Shown: positions 49,012 through 58,650 of the stretch, piece after piece | Position numbering within the stretch: the first letter of the stretch is position 1 | How the letters are laid out: each line of letters opens with the position of its first letter | Source: an uncultured Spirochaetota bacterium | Lineage (GTDB): Bacteria > Spirochaetota > Brevinematia > Brevinematales > JAOACQ01 | DNA: 64,000 nt | Assembly (NCBI GenBank): GCA_963835575.1 | Contig: CAWIGG010000002.1 | Location: forward strand, 1,600,001-1,664,000 | Reading direction: 5' to 3' | Notes under the pieces: generated by a model | Databases searched by the model: none | What the model saw: only the letters and a program-made list of their open reading frames with translations | What the model was told of the DNA's origin: nothing | Program-made: the position numbers and the translations under genes

Positions 49012-49089
49012 CATTGAAAACAGATCCTTAATTTAATACGGCCTGTTTAAACTAAAAACAACACAGTCTGATATTTCTTTTGGGTCCGG

Positions 49090-49518
49090 TTAAAAAATGA
49101 CCGCCAGCAGAATTGTGTACCTGAGGAAAACATATACTCCGGCAATAATGCCGCCTATTCCGAGCGGGATTTGAAACCGCGTCAGAATTTTTTCAAGTTT
49201 TTCAAGCTGAGCCTGAGGGACTCCTTTTATCTGCTTCAGGAAATTCATTGAGAGAATAAGCCCCAGGCAGATTTGAATCAATAGTACTATTATCATAAAA
49301 AGACTGCTTAATATCCCATAACCGAAAACACGGTAGCCGCTCAAAAGACCGGAAAGAAAATCCCATAAACCCCAGAATAATAGAGCCAAACCGAACCATG
49401 GCTGATACGGCGCTACTTTTTTCATCACCTCTGTTGCGTTTGGAACTTTTGAAATGACCAGATTTGGAATTGCCAATGCCCCGCCGATGACAAGAAGTAA
49501 AAATTCAATTACCCACAT
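49090..49518 (-). CDS. Hypothetical 4-TM membrane protein
   Basis: Hydrophobic ORF with AGGAGG before ATG 49518. Confidence 0.75.
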   Translation of the reverse strand: MWVIEFLLLVIGGALAIPNLVISKVPNATEVMKKVAPYQPWFGLALLFWGLWDFLSGLLSGYRVFGYGILSSLFMIIVLLIQICLGLILSMNFLKQIKGVPQAQLEKLEKILTRFQIPLGIGGIIAGVYVFLRYTILLAVIF

Positions 49519-49574
49519 AAATCCTCCTTTTTTATTCAAAACAAATTCTTTTTAATATTATACAATATTTTCCT

Positions 49575-51093
49575 GTAACTATCCAGCCGCATATTTAATA
49601 GCGGAGCCGTTCAACGCGTCAATAAGGGCTTGATAAACACTGACGCCCATCTTTTTTACTGTAGATATATAACCCCTGATTCTGCAAAAGGCAGCCGCTC
49701 CATTCCAGCTTCTGAATGTACCTGATATTTTCTGCTGGACTTTTATCATTCTGATATCCCGTTCCGCCAAATTGTTGCTGAATGGAACATCTTTTTCCCG
49801 CATAAATAAAAGGACAGATTCTTTATATTTTCTTAATCGGTCTAATAGGCATAAAACCTTGCCCCGCTTTTTTCTGCCGCGTTTAACAAGTCCTTCCGGC
49901 TTTTCAGGCGTTGGATTTACAGCAAATCCTTTCGCGATGATCCGGTCATATTCCGTATCATATTCTATAATCCTTTCCGCCGGTATTGGAAAACTTGCCT
50001 CTTTATCATTCTTAATCCTTATAAGAAGATTACCCATCTCCTTAGCCCATTCCTGACCCATTTCCTCATGTATCCAGATTAGCTCTCTCAAATGGTGTAC
50101 ATTACACAATCCATGACGGCATAAGAATTCCAGATAACTTTTCCATCCATCGTGGATAATAATACCGGTAAATCTTGTGAGAATGTCCATCGCACGCATC
50201 GCCTCTGTGCCGCGTTTGTCATGAGAAAAATAATAGGTAAAACGTTCATTCGAGGCAACATGGAGCCATTTTAATAACCCTTTTATCCGAATACCGGTTT
50301 CATCACAGTGAAGAACCACTTCTTTTAGTATCAGTTCTATGACTTTCTGTTCATACTCTTCTAATTTATTGTAGGTCTCCCGGATAAATCCTTCAATCGT
50401 TGCCTTGCTGAGCGGCACTCCCAATAAACATTCGGCGTATTCCGAAAGCCTTTCATAGGGTATCAACCCATATGTTTTCATATAGACCAGATGCGCTTTA
50501 ATGTTTTTTCCATACTGTGCCTTATTGGTTATGCCTTCCGGAAACTCCGCCGTTACTCTCGCACCGCAATGCGGACAATCTTTTACTTCCGAGCGATGTT
50601 CGGTAACTTCCACTTTTATCGGAGGTATATCGAACACCTGCCTTCTTTCCGTCCGCTTAACTGATTCGGAACTTAAATCAATTCCACAACAGGAACATTT
50701 TTCAACCTGATGTTCTATGATCTTATCAGGGCTTTCTACTTTCTTCAGAGTATTTCCCTTATGTCCAAACTGGCCGCCTTGTTTTTTACCGCTCTTTTTC
50801 CGTAAATTCTTTACTGTATTTTGGAATGGATTATCGGAAGACGGCGGTTTATTGCTGTTATGGCTGTCCTTATTAAGCTGTTCTTCCAATTTCTTAATCT
50901 TTTCCGCTTGTCTTTGAATGATTAAACCCTGCTCCTTTATCTGGTTTTGTAAATCAGCAATGATGCCTTCAAATCGTTTTAAGCAGGCCGCACAGTCTTT
51001 TTCTCTTCTATCTTCATTCATGCTATAGAATAGCATGGTTCATGCTCAATGCAAATATTTCATGTGACTATTTTTTAGTGGCTGGATAGTTAC
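49575..51093 (-). mobile_element. IS66-family element, single-ORF (ISBst12-like) type
   Basis: Perfect 14-bp IRs GTAACTATCCAGCC and 8-bp duplication ATTTTCCT. No tnpA/tnpB accessory ORFs. Confidence 0.93.
49579..51036 (-). CDS. IS66 transposase
   Basis: NS.KPPSSD, a zinc finger, HCDETG, HDG, C.VHHLREL and NNLAERDIR motifs. Confidence 0.93.
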   Translation of the reverse strand: MLFYSMNEDRREKDCAACLKRFEGIIADLQNQIKEQGLIIQRQAEKIKKLEEQLNKDSHNSNKPPSSDNPFQNTVKNLRKKSGKKQGGQFGHKGNTLKKVESPDKIIEHQVEKCSCCGIDLSSESVKRTERRQVFDIPPIKVEVTEHRSEVKDCPHCGARVTAEFPEGITNKAQYGKNIKAHLVYMKTYGLIPYERLSEYAECLLGVPLSKATIEGFIRETYNKLEEYEQKVIELILKEVVLHCDETGIRIKGLLKWLHVASNERFTYYFSHDKRGTEAMRAMDILTRFTGIIIHDGWKSYLEFLCRHGLCNVHHLRELIWIHEEMGQEWAKEMGNLLIRIKNDKEASFPIPAERIIEYDTEYDRIIAKGFAVNPTPEKPEGLVKRGRKKRGKVLCLLDRLRKYKESVLLFMREKDVPFSNNLAERDIRMIKVQQKISGTFRSWNGAAAFCRIRGYISTVKKMGVSVYQALIDALNGSAIKYAAG

Positions 51094-51101
51094 ATTTTCC
51101 T

Positions 51102-52781
51102 TTATGAGGCTGTTTTATTTAATAATTTAACCAGCATAACCTGATTACCCTTATTATTATACCGGATTTCATCGAAAACGCTGACTGCCATCGATATACC
51201 CCTGCCATGGGGAAGCATCTTCTCCTTCACTTCATTCTGAATCTGAGCAAACTGTTTTTTATAATCAAAGCCATTGCCTTCGTCAGTTATTTTATACACA
51301 GCCTTTAGAGGAGTGATGGAATATTCCAGCGTGACTTTTTTATCTTTGCAACCAGGGGCCTGCTGCCTCTTTAATATGAATTCCATATAGTTTTCCTTAT
51401 TCATGGCGTCGGTTTTTTCTTCAAAAGTTATCCCCAGGTTCCCATGCTCTATCGCGTTGATTATAATTTCACGAAGGCAGACGCGGAGATAACTGACATC
51501 CCTGAAATGCATATACCGGTTCAGGTTTCTGACCAGCCGCGCGCTGATTTCATCGGCCGTGATGAGATAATTACCGATTATATACTTCTGCATTTCAGAG
51601 TGGAAGCAATCCAGCAGAATATCTTCTACAACAGGCGTCGCTTTTCCGACAATTTCATTCTCGTCTTCAATATGGATTCGCTCCAGCCTGACCCTGAATT
51701 CTTTCGGTTCATCGCTGGTAAACGGTTTTAACAGCACCTTATAGTCAAATGATTTCCCCTGATTTAAAAGATTGTCCAGATTGGCATTGATAATTTTCCG
51801 CGTCAAGCCCTTATCATCAGGGTCCTCATAAAGAAGGTCCTTGAATGAAAGAGTCTTTAACTTTTCCATTGTCATATTCAGCATTTTAAGAACAGCATTA
51901 TTCGCGTTAATAAAATAAAGCCGGCTGTCAAGAGAAAAAATAAAATCATTGGTCCCTTCAACAATCAGACGGTATTTTTTTTCTGACATTGAAATTATTC
52001 TGCTTGATTTTTCGGCTTCTTTCATGCCGGCCACAAAAAGCCTGGTCAGCCCTGCCATCGAAAATAGTGTCAGCAGCGTAATACCGAGGCTGAAACGGGA
52101 AAATTGTATTTGCGGGATCGGATCCAGATTTATTCTTGTGTAAACAAATACAATGTCATCGGCTGCCGCATACACCGCTATCAATATACCCAGCAAGGCA
52201 AAGATAAGGCTTCCGAACTTCTTATGCCAGAATAGATCGATTGTTATGCAGATCAAGGAATAGAATACCAATCCACCCAGAAGTATATCCCTCAGCTGAT
52301 AGAGAGCTCCCTGCATTCCCCTGCCGAAATCGCTTTCAATTTTCAATGCCGTCGATACCGGCTCTGTTAGTGAAATATAACTGGCCGGATAAGCGAACGC
52401 TAATACAGTAATTGACGCGGCTGTAAATAAGCCGATATAAGCTAAGATTCTATTGAATTTTCTCCATTTTTTATTAAGCTCGAGCAGGTAGGATATGAAA
52501 TAAGGCAAGGCAAATAAATAAAACACTCCGGCAAGCTGTTCAATCCTGTCAAACTGCCTGGCAAAAACGGCATTATGCTGCCAACTCCCTACTGCTAAAA
52601 TCATTGTCTCGCCGCCGACAAAGAAAAAACCGAAAAGACCTATCAAAGCCATCGCCAGATAGAGTTTATTGTGATACTGGAGATAGATATAGATAAATAA
52701 TAAAAACCCGCCGATGAGTACGCCGGCACAAACAGGAGGGACTAAAAAAGTCACTAACTGCAGTTTTTGAGCAAATTCCAT
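51102..52781 (-). CDS. 7-TM sensor + PAS + RsbW-like HATPase domain protein
   Basis: About seven TM helices, a PAS-like segment (EKKYRLIVE..ND.IF.LD), E.IINAIEHGN, DEGNGFD and GRGI. No HisKA segment recognised. Confidence 0.8.
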   Translation of the reverse strand: MEFAQKLQLVTFLVPPVCAGVLIGGFLLFIYIYLQYHNKLYLAMALIGLFGFFFVGGETMILAVGSWQHNAVFARQFDRIEQLAGVFYLFALPYFISYLLELNKKWRKFNRILAYIGLFTAASITVLAFAYPASYISLTEPVSTALKIESDFGRGMQGALYQLRDILLGGLVFYSLICITIDLFWHKKFGSLIFALLGILIAVYAAADDIVFVYTRINLDPIPQIQFSRFSLGITLLTLFSMAGLTRLFVAGMKEAEKSSRIISMSEKKYRLIVEGTNDFIFSLDSRLYFINANNAVLKMLNMTMEKLKTLSFKDLLYEDPDDKGLTRKIINANLDNLLNQGKSFDYKVLLKPFTSDEPKEFRVRLERIHIEDENEIVGKATPVVEDILLDCFHSEMQKYIIGNYLITADEISARLVRNLNRYMHFRDVSYLRVCLREIIINAIEHGNLGITFEEKTDAMNKENYMEFILKRQQAPGCKDKKVTLEYSITPLKAVYKITDEGNGFDYKKQFAQIQNEVKEKMLPHGRGISMAVSVFDEIRYNNKGNQVMLVKLLNKTAS

Positions 52782-53052
52782 TCTTCTCTCACCTTATTTA
52801 ATTCAAATTGAGCGATTCTTTCTGCAAAAGCTTATCAATAGCCCCTCATTATAAATAAAAAAACATACCGCTCAATTAAGATTTAATTTTAAACCTATGC
52901 CGGCTTATTTTATATATAAACAAACATATTTTCAAGTAATGGCAGATATCTTTTTGAATAAAATAATTGATGTTTTTATAGAAGAGCGGCATAATTTCTA
53001 TTCATTCAATGCCAGACTCTTTTTTCTTGTAATTAAAAAAAACGGGGTGTTT

Positions 53053-54015
53053 ATGAAATTACCGGTTTATACTGAACTTTCCAACTATGCGACCCGCATC
53101 GGCGGCAAAAAAATCTCCGCGGATATTTCCCTGGTCCTGATTATCAGCAGTTTATCCGACCCTGTCAATTCTATTAATTCAATATATCAATTTGTCTCCC
53201 ATTCAAAACACAAATGCGAATTTATCATGATCAATACCGATAAGGAAGGCTATAAATATGATAAACTTCTCGCCACATTTCCTTTGATGCGGGTTATCCT
53301 GCCCCAGGAGAAAATCAAGTTAAAAGAAGCGATATATATCGCGATTGCGGAAAGCCTCTCAAATAATATCTTATTTATGAATGAATACTTTATTATAAAA
53401 TCCCTTGATCTGGACCTGCTTAAAATGTATCTTTCCGAATCCAGCTTCGGCTCTTTTATTCCTCTGATTACTAATGAAAAAGAAGAAATTATTCCCGGTA
53501 TAATAAAGGGAAATACTCATGACGGCTTTATCAACACTATTTCGACCGACATTGTCGGGACAGCAATATCTTCCATTTACTCAAAGTATTTCTGTTTCCT
53601 GCTCAATAAAGAAGCATGTGTTTCGAGGGATATAACGTTAAATGATTATGAAGACATCCGGTATACATTATTGGAGTTTGGTTATAAGCTCTGGAAAGAA
53701 GGTTATATTATTACCCAGATCAGGAATTTTAAAGTCATCTACAGCGGTACGGTCATCAATGATATCGCTCCGGATTTTAATAATAATGATTTTCTTTTAT
53801 TCAATTTCTCAAATATAACGGATAAAAATTTAATAAAAGGCCGCCGTCTGAAAGCGCTTCTTTTGATTTTCAACGCGATTTTCCTTTTTAAATGGAAAAA
53901 TATTCCCTTTCTGTTTAATCTTATCAAAAACTCCAAAAAAATAATCCAGGAGAATTTATCAAAACCCATTGAGGATTCCGCAATTTTTTCGATAATTAAT
54001 AAGGATATCAAGTAG
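53053..54015 (+). CDS. Hypothetical protein, degenerate GT2-like
   Basis: Long AT-rich ORF with weak GT-A patterns (ILFMNE, EFGYKLWKEGY). Adjacent to an spsF-like gene. Confidence 0.55.
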   Translation: MKLPVYTELSNYATRIGGKKISADISLVLIISSLSDPVNSINSIYQFVSHSKHKCEFIMINTDKEGYKYDKLLATFPLMRVILPQEKIKLKEAIYIAIAESLSNNILFMNEYFIIKSLDLDLLKMYLSESSFGSFIPLITNEKEEIIPGIIKGNTHDGFINTISTDIVGTAISSIYSKYFCFLLNKEACVSRDITLNDYEDIRYTLLEFGYKLWKEGYIITQIRNFKVIYSGTVINDIAPDFNNNDFLLFNFSNITDKNLIKGRRLKALLLIFNAIFLFKWKNIPFLFNLIKNSKKIIQENLSKPIEDSAIFSIINKDIK

Positions 54016-54103
54016 CCTGAAATTAAGGGCCGGACTTTAAATACATTGTTTATTATTTCACTTATTCCGATTCTTGACAAAAGACTGCTCCAAGGAGATG
54101 TTT

Positions 54104-54829
54104 ATGAAAAAAGAAGTTGATGTCATTATCCAGGCAAGGATGGATTCCACAAGGCTTCCGCGCAAAGTCATTCTGCCGATAGGGAAAAAACCGCTTCTCG
54201 GCCATATCATTGACCGTTTATCGGTCTCAAAATATATCAGGAATATTATCATTGCCACAACCGAGGATTCCCTGGCGCCGATATCTTCCGCTCTTTCTCA
54301 TTATCATTCTATTAAGTATTTCACCGGCAGCAAAACCAATGTTCTGGAAAGATATTATCTGGCCGCGAAACTTTACGACAGTAAAGTGATTGTAAGGGCA
54401 ACCGGAGATAATCCTCTTGTCTGCCCGGAATTTCTCGATAAAGCGCTGGAGTATCATACAGAAGCGGACGCGGACCTCACCCATTTTCTGGGAATACCTC
54501 TGGGAACGGGAGTTGAAGTCATCAGCCGCGAAGCGTTGAACGCCGTTTATAAAAGCGCCAAACACCCTTATGACCTGGAGCATGTCACGCCGTTTATTTA
54601 CAAAAACAGGGATTCTTTTAAAGTCCTGGAGCCCTTATCCAGCGGACTGTATTACGCCCCTGAAATACGCGTGACAGTCGACACAGCCGATGATATGGAC
54701 CATGTCAGGCGTATATACGATCATTACAAAAATAAGGGATTCATTTCAATGGAAGATATCATCACTTTTCATAAAAAGCCTGAAAAGGTAAAAGGATTCT
54801 TTCATTCCGGCATTCCGGTAGTAGCATAA
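54104..54829 (+). CDS. SpsF-like cytidylyltransferase-family protein
   Basis: IIQARM.STRLP.KV, GS..NVL.RY, RATGDNP, EHVTP and R.TVDT..D motifs. Confidence 0.88.
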   Translation: MKKEVDVIIQARMDSTRLPRKVILPIGKKPLLGHIIDRLSVSKYIRNIIIATTEDSLAPISSALSHYHSIKYFTGSKTNVLERYYLAAKLYDSKVIVRATGDNPLVCPEFLDKALEYHTEADADLTHFLGIPLGTGVEVISREALNAVYKSAKHPYDLEHVTPFIYKNRDSFKVLEPLSSGLYYAPEIRVTVDTADDMDHVRRIYDHYKNKGFISMEDIITFHKKPEKVKGFFHSGIPVVA

Positions 54830-54854
54830 ATTTATTTACGTGTATAACGACTTA

Positions 54855-55030
54855 TCCGCTAATTCACGCGAATGGACGCGAAGAGGAACCAGGAATGTCA
54901 AACCACAAATAGCACGAATATTCATAAATAAACTTGAATAAATATAGACAAAATAAACGACCTCTAAGGATATGAAATTATTAGTGAAACATGTTTTCCT
55001 TAGCGTGCATTAGCGTGGCTTAGCGGAAGA
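54855..55030. repeat. Inverted pair of ~9-bp-period repeat units
   Basis: TCCGCTAATTCACGCGAATGGACGCGAA ... TTAGCGTGCATTAGCGTGGCTTAGCGGA. The right unit closely matches 31695-31728. Confidence 0.75.
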
Positions 55031-55233
55031 CCGGACAAATTGACTATTCATTATCAGCAAACTCACCGCATATTTTACAGAATAATACTGATTTTTCTGT
55101 GAATATCCGTGAAATTCTGCAGCTCGTCTTATATAAACAAAAAACATCTATATTTCCTCATTCCTGTCAGAATATTTACAAAATCTCCTTTTGATTTTAT
55201 CATTATAGGGTTAAAAGTTAATAAGGAGCCAGA

Positions 55234-56370
55234 ATGTACCTCTATAAATCCCACCGTCCCACATGGGTGGAAATCGACATGGACGCCCTGAAAAACAATT
55301 TTCTCGAAATAAAAAAACGCTGTCTTGAATCCACGCTCCTGATGGGAGTGGTCAAGGCGGATGCTTACGGGCATGGAGCCGTCGCAATATCCCAGGAACT
55401 TTTAAAGCTGGGCGTGGAATATCTGGCTGTTTCAAATATTGATGAGGCAATGGAATTGAGGAGTTCCGGAATTTCGCTGCCCGTTCTTTTGCTGGGCCCT
55501 GTTGAGTCGGTCGAATTCGGCAAATTGATAGAATTCAATATCTACCCGACCGTTATCAGTGTCGAATATGCGAAGGAATTATCGGAAGCGTACCGCTACC
55601 GCGGTATTTATCCGAAAGTTCACATAAAAGTGGACACGGGGATGGGCCGGCTGGGCATACCGATTGAAAAAGCCCTTATCGGTATTGAACAGATCTCAAA
55701 AATGGAAGGGATTATTGTCGACGGCGTCTATACGCATTTTCCTTCCGCCGATGACGACCTTGGATTTTCCACCCATCAAATTAAAATATTCGCATCGCTG
55801 GTGAAAGAACTTAAAAAAATCGATATTAAAGTCCGCCATTTCCATATCGCGAACAGCGCGGCCGTGTTCAATCTGCCGGCCTCGGTCCAGCAGCCCTTTA
55901 CAATGGCAAGATCGGGCCTTGCGCTTTACGGTTATTCGACAAAGCCCCAGGAAAGCTTAACTAACACCATGTCTTTAAAAACTAAAATCATGGCCATTAA
56001 CTGCCTGAAAAAGGGCGATACGGTCAGCTATCTCAGGACATATGAAATTAAAAAAAGCAAAGAATATATCGCTGTTCTGCCTGTCGGCTACGCGGACGGC
56101 ATTCCGACCCAGTATTCAAATAAAGGCGACGTCCTGATTAAAAATAAATTATATTCAGTCGCCGGAAGGGTCTGCATGGACTATATGATGGTTTCGCTGG
56201 GCGAGTTCGCTCAGGACATCAATATCGGCGATGAAGTGACGATCTTCGGAAAAGGGAATATCAGCGTTGAAAAATTCGGTTCTATCTGCCGGAGGATACC
56301 TTATGAAGTGACTTGCGATATTTCCAAAAGGGTGCCCCGGATTTATTTAAGAAAAGAAGATAAGAGATAG
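55234..56370 (+). CDS. alr: Alanine racemase
   Basis: VVKADAYGHG, KVDTGMGRLG, GYADG and GRVCMD motifs. Confidence 0.96.
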   Translation: MYLYKSHRPTWVEIDMDALKNNFLEIKKRCLESTLLMGVVKADAYGHGAVAISQELLKLGVEYLAVSNIDEAMELRSSGISLPVLLLGPVESVEFGKLIEFNIYPTVISVEYAKELSEAYRYRGIYPKVHIKVDTGMGRLGIPIEKALIGIEQISKMEGIIVDGVYTHFPSADDDLGFSTHQIKIFASLVKELKKIDIKVRHFHIANSAAVFNLPASVQQPFTMARSGLALYGYSTKPQESLTNTMSLKTKIMAINCLKKGDTVSYLRTYEIKKSKEYIAVLPVGYADGIPTQYSNKGDVLIKNKLYSVAGRVCMDYMMVSLGEFAQDINIGDEVTIFGKGNISVEKFGSICRRIPYEVTCDISKRVPRIYLRKEDKR

Positions 56371-56376
56371 CTCAAT

Positions 56377-57207
56377 ATGGTTTTTGATTTTCATGTTCAT
56401 TTCTTTCCGGATAATGTGGCTGAAAAAGCATTAAGCTCCCTCAGTGAAATAGGCGGAGTTAAACCTTACGGCAGCGGAACATTTGATTCCCTTGTTTCTT
56501 ATATGAAAGAGGACCATATTGATTATGTTTTAAACCAGCCGGTGGCTACAAAGCCCGATCAGGTTATTTCGATCAACAGGCAGATGATCAATATCAATAA
56601 AAAATCATCCGGTGTTCTTTCATTCGGCTCCATGCACCCTGATTTCGGCAGAATAAGCGATCCGGCTGAAGAGCTTTCTTTTATTTCTCAAAACGGGTTG
56701 AAAGGAATAAAACTTCATTCGGAATACCAGGATTTTTATCCGGATGATGATAAACTCACTCCGATTTATGAAGCCTGCGCGAAGTATAATATCATCGTAC
56801 TTTTTCACAGCGGCAGGGACCTCGGCTTCACAAGCGTCCATGCGACGCCGGACAGGCTCAGGCAGGTCGCCCGGGTTCCGGGCATTAAGCTGGTTCTGGC
56901 GCATATGGGGGCCTATCAGCTCTGGAATGACGTGGAGAAATATCTTGTCGGCATAAATAATATTTACTTTGATACCGCTTTTACCGTCGAAATGGACAAC
57001 AGCCGGATGAAGGAATTGATCAAAGGCCAAGGCTTTGATAAAGTTCTTTACGCGAGCGATTTTCCCTGGGAAAGACAGAGCCTGGTCTATGATAAAATAA
57101 AATCCCTGAATTTGCCTTCTGAGGCGGAAGAGCTTATTTTTTATAAGAACGCATTCAATCTATTAAATTTTGAAATGAGCGATTTTTTTATCAAAGCTAA
57201 TAAATAG
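56377..57207 (+). CDS. Amidohydrolase family 2 protein
   Basis: DFHVH, KGIKLH, FHSG, AHMG, FDTA and ASDFPW motifs. Confidence 0.88.
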   Translation: MVFDFHVHFFPDNVAEKALSSLSEIGGVKPYGSGTFDSLVSYMKEDHIDYVLNQPVATKPDQVISINRQMININKKSSGVLSFGSMHPDFGRISDPAEELSFISQNGLKGIKLHSEYQDFYPDDDKLTPIYEACAKYNIIVLFHSGRDLGFTSVHATPDRLRQVARVPGIKLVLAHMGAYQLWNDVEKYLVGINNIYFDTAFTVEMDNSRMKELIKGQGFDKVLYASDFPWERQSLVYDKIKSLNLPSEAEELIFYKNAFNLLNFEMSDFFIKANK

Positions 57208-57339
57208 GCATTTTTTCCACCGCGCCGGTTCCCGAGTAGCGAAGCGTATCAAGGGACGCGGGGGGGAAATGCACTAATATATACTGTAGAAAATAAAATA
57301 AATCGCTCCATTCAGGAAAATATAAATTAGGAGATAAAA

Positions 57340-58353
57340 ATGGCAGTCAATTACAAAGATTTAGGTTTTGTGAACACCAGGGTGATGTTCCAGGTCGCTT
57401 TAAAGGAAGGCTTTGCTGTTCCCGCTTATAATTTTAACAATATGGAACAGATCCAGGCCATTGTCATGGCCTGCCTTGAAAGCCAGTCGCCTGTTATTCT
57501 TCAGGTGTCCAAAGGCGCCCGTGAATACGCGGATCAGACGCTCCTCCGCTATATGGGCCAGGGTGTTGTTGAAATGATGCGCAGGGAAGCCAAGGCTAAA
57601 GGCATTGGCGAAATCCCCATAGCGCTCCATCTGGACCATGGAGACACATATGAACTCTGCGTGTCCTGTATCGAAACCGGCTTTTCTTCAGTCATGATAG
57701 ACGGTTCGCACCATACATACGAAGAGAATGCCGTATTGACAAAAAAAGTCGTCGAATACGCCCACAAATTCGATGTCACTGTCGAAGGCGAGCTGGGCAT
57801 TCTGGCCGGCGTGGAAGACGAAGTCAAGGCCGAACAGCATACATACACCAGGCCTGAAGAAGTGCAGGATTTTGTCGGCAAGACCGGCGTTGATTCGCTG
57901 GCGATCGCCATCGGAACTTCGCATGGCGCTTATAAATTCAAACCCGGCCAGAAGGCGGAAATCCGGCTTGATATTCTGCATGAAATTGAAAAGAGGCTTC
58001 CTGGTTTCCCGATTGTCCTCCATGGCTCATCTTCAGTCCCGCCCGAAGCCGTCGCTCTCATCAATAAATACGGCGGCAAGCTGCAGGACTCCATCGGCAT
58101 TCCCGAGACCCAGCTTCGCGAAGCGGCAAAATCCGCTGTCTGCAAAATCAATATAGACTCCGACGGAAGGCTCGTTATGACGGCCAAGATCAGGGAAACC
58201 TTCGCGAATAAGCCGGAAGAGTTCGATCCCAGAAAGTATCTCGGACCGGCAAGGGACGCTCTGAAGAAAATGTACATGGATAAGAACGTCAATGTGCTGG
58301 GAAGCGCCGGGAAAGCGCCGCTGATCATGGAAGCTTTAAAGAAAGCAAAGTAA
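57340..58353 (+). CDS. fba: Fructose-1,6-bisphosphate aldolase class II
   Basis: LHLDHG, SSVMIDGS, VEGELG, GTSHGAYKF, VLHGSS and KINIDSD motifs. Confidence 0.95.
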   Translation: MAVNYKDLGFVNTRVMFQVALKEGFAVPAYNFNNMEQIQAIVMACLESQSPVILQVSKGAREYADQTLLRYMGQGVVEMMRREAKAKGIGEIPIALHLDHGDTYELCVSCIETGFSSVMIDGSHHTYEENAVLTKKVVEYAHKFDVTVEGELGILAGVEDEVKAEQHTYTRPEEVQDFVGKTGVDSLAIAIGTSHGAYKFKPGQKAEIRLDILHEIEKRLPGFPIVLHGSSSVPPEAVALINKYGGKLQDSIGIPETQLREAAKSAVCKINIDSDGRLVMTAKIRETFANKPEEFDPRKYLGPARDALKKMYMDKNVNVLGSAGKAPLIMEALKKAK

Positions 58354-58378
58354 ACGAAACTATATCTATAATAAAGGA

Positions 58379-58410
58379 AGGCGGCGATCAATTTCACCGC
58401 CTTTTCTTTT
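58379..58410 (+). terminator. Rho-independent terminator after fba
   Basis: AGGCGG...CCGCCT stem followed by TTTCTTTTT. Confidence 0.65.
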
Positions 58411-58650
58411 TACCACGAAGATCACGAAGGGCACAAAGAGGCACCAACAACGGGGATTGAAGGTTGTCTTTTGTTTCATTAAAAATCTACAACCAACTTC
58501 TCTTTTTATAATATCCGATTCAACACACAGATGAACGCTGATGAGGCGGATTTGCGCGGATTTAGTTTTTATTTGAGTTGCTTTAAAATTGTTCGTCTGT
58601 AAGCAGGAATATCATGATTTATAAATATTTGCCAAGGTATCGTGAGGGAA

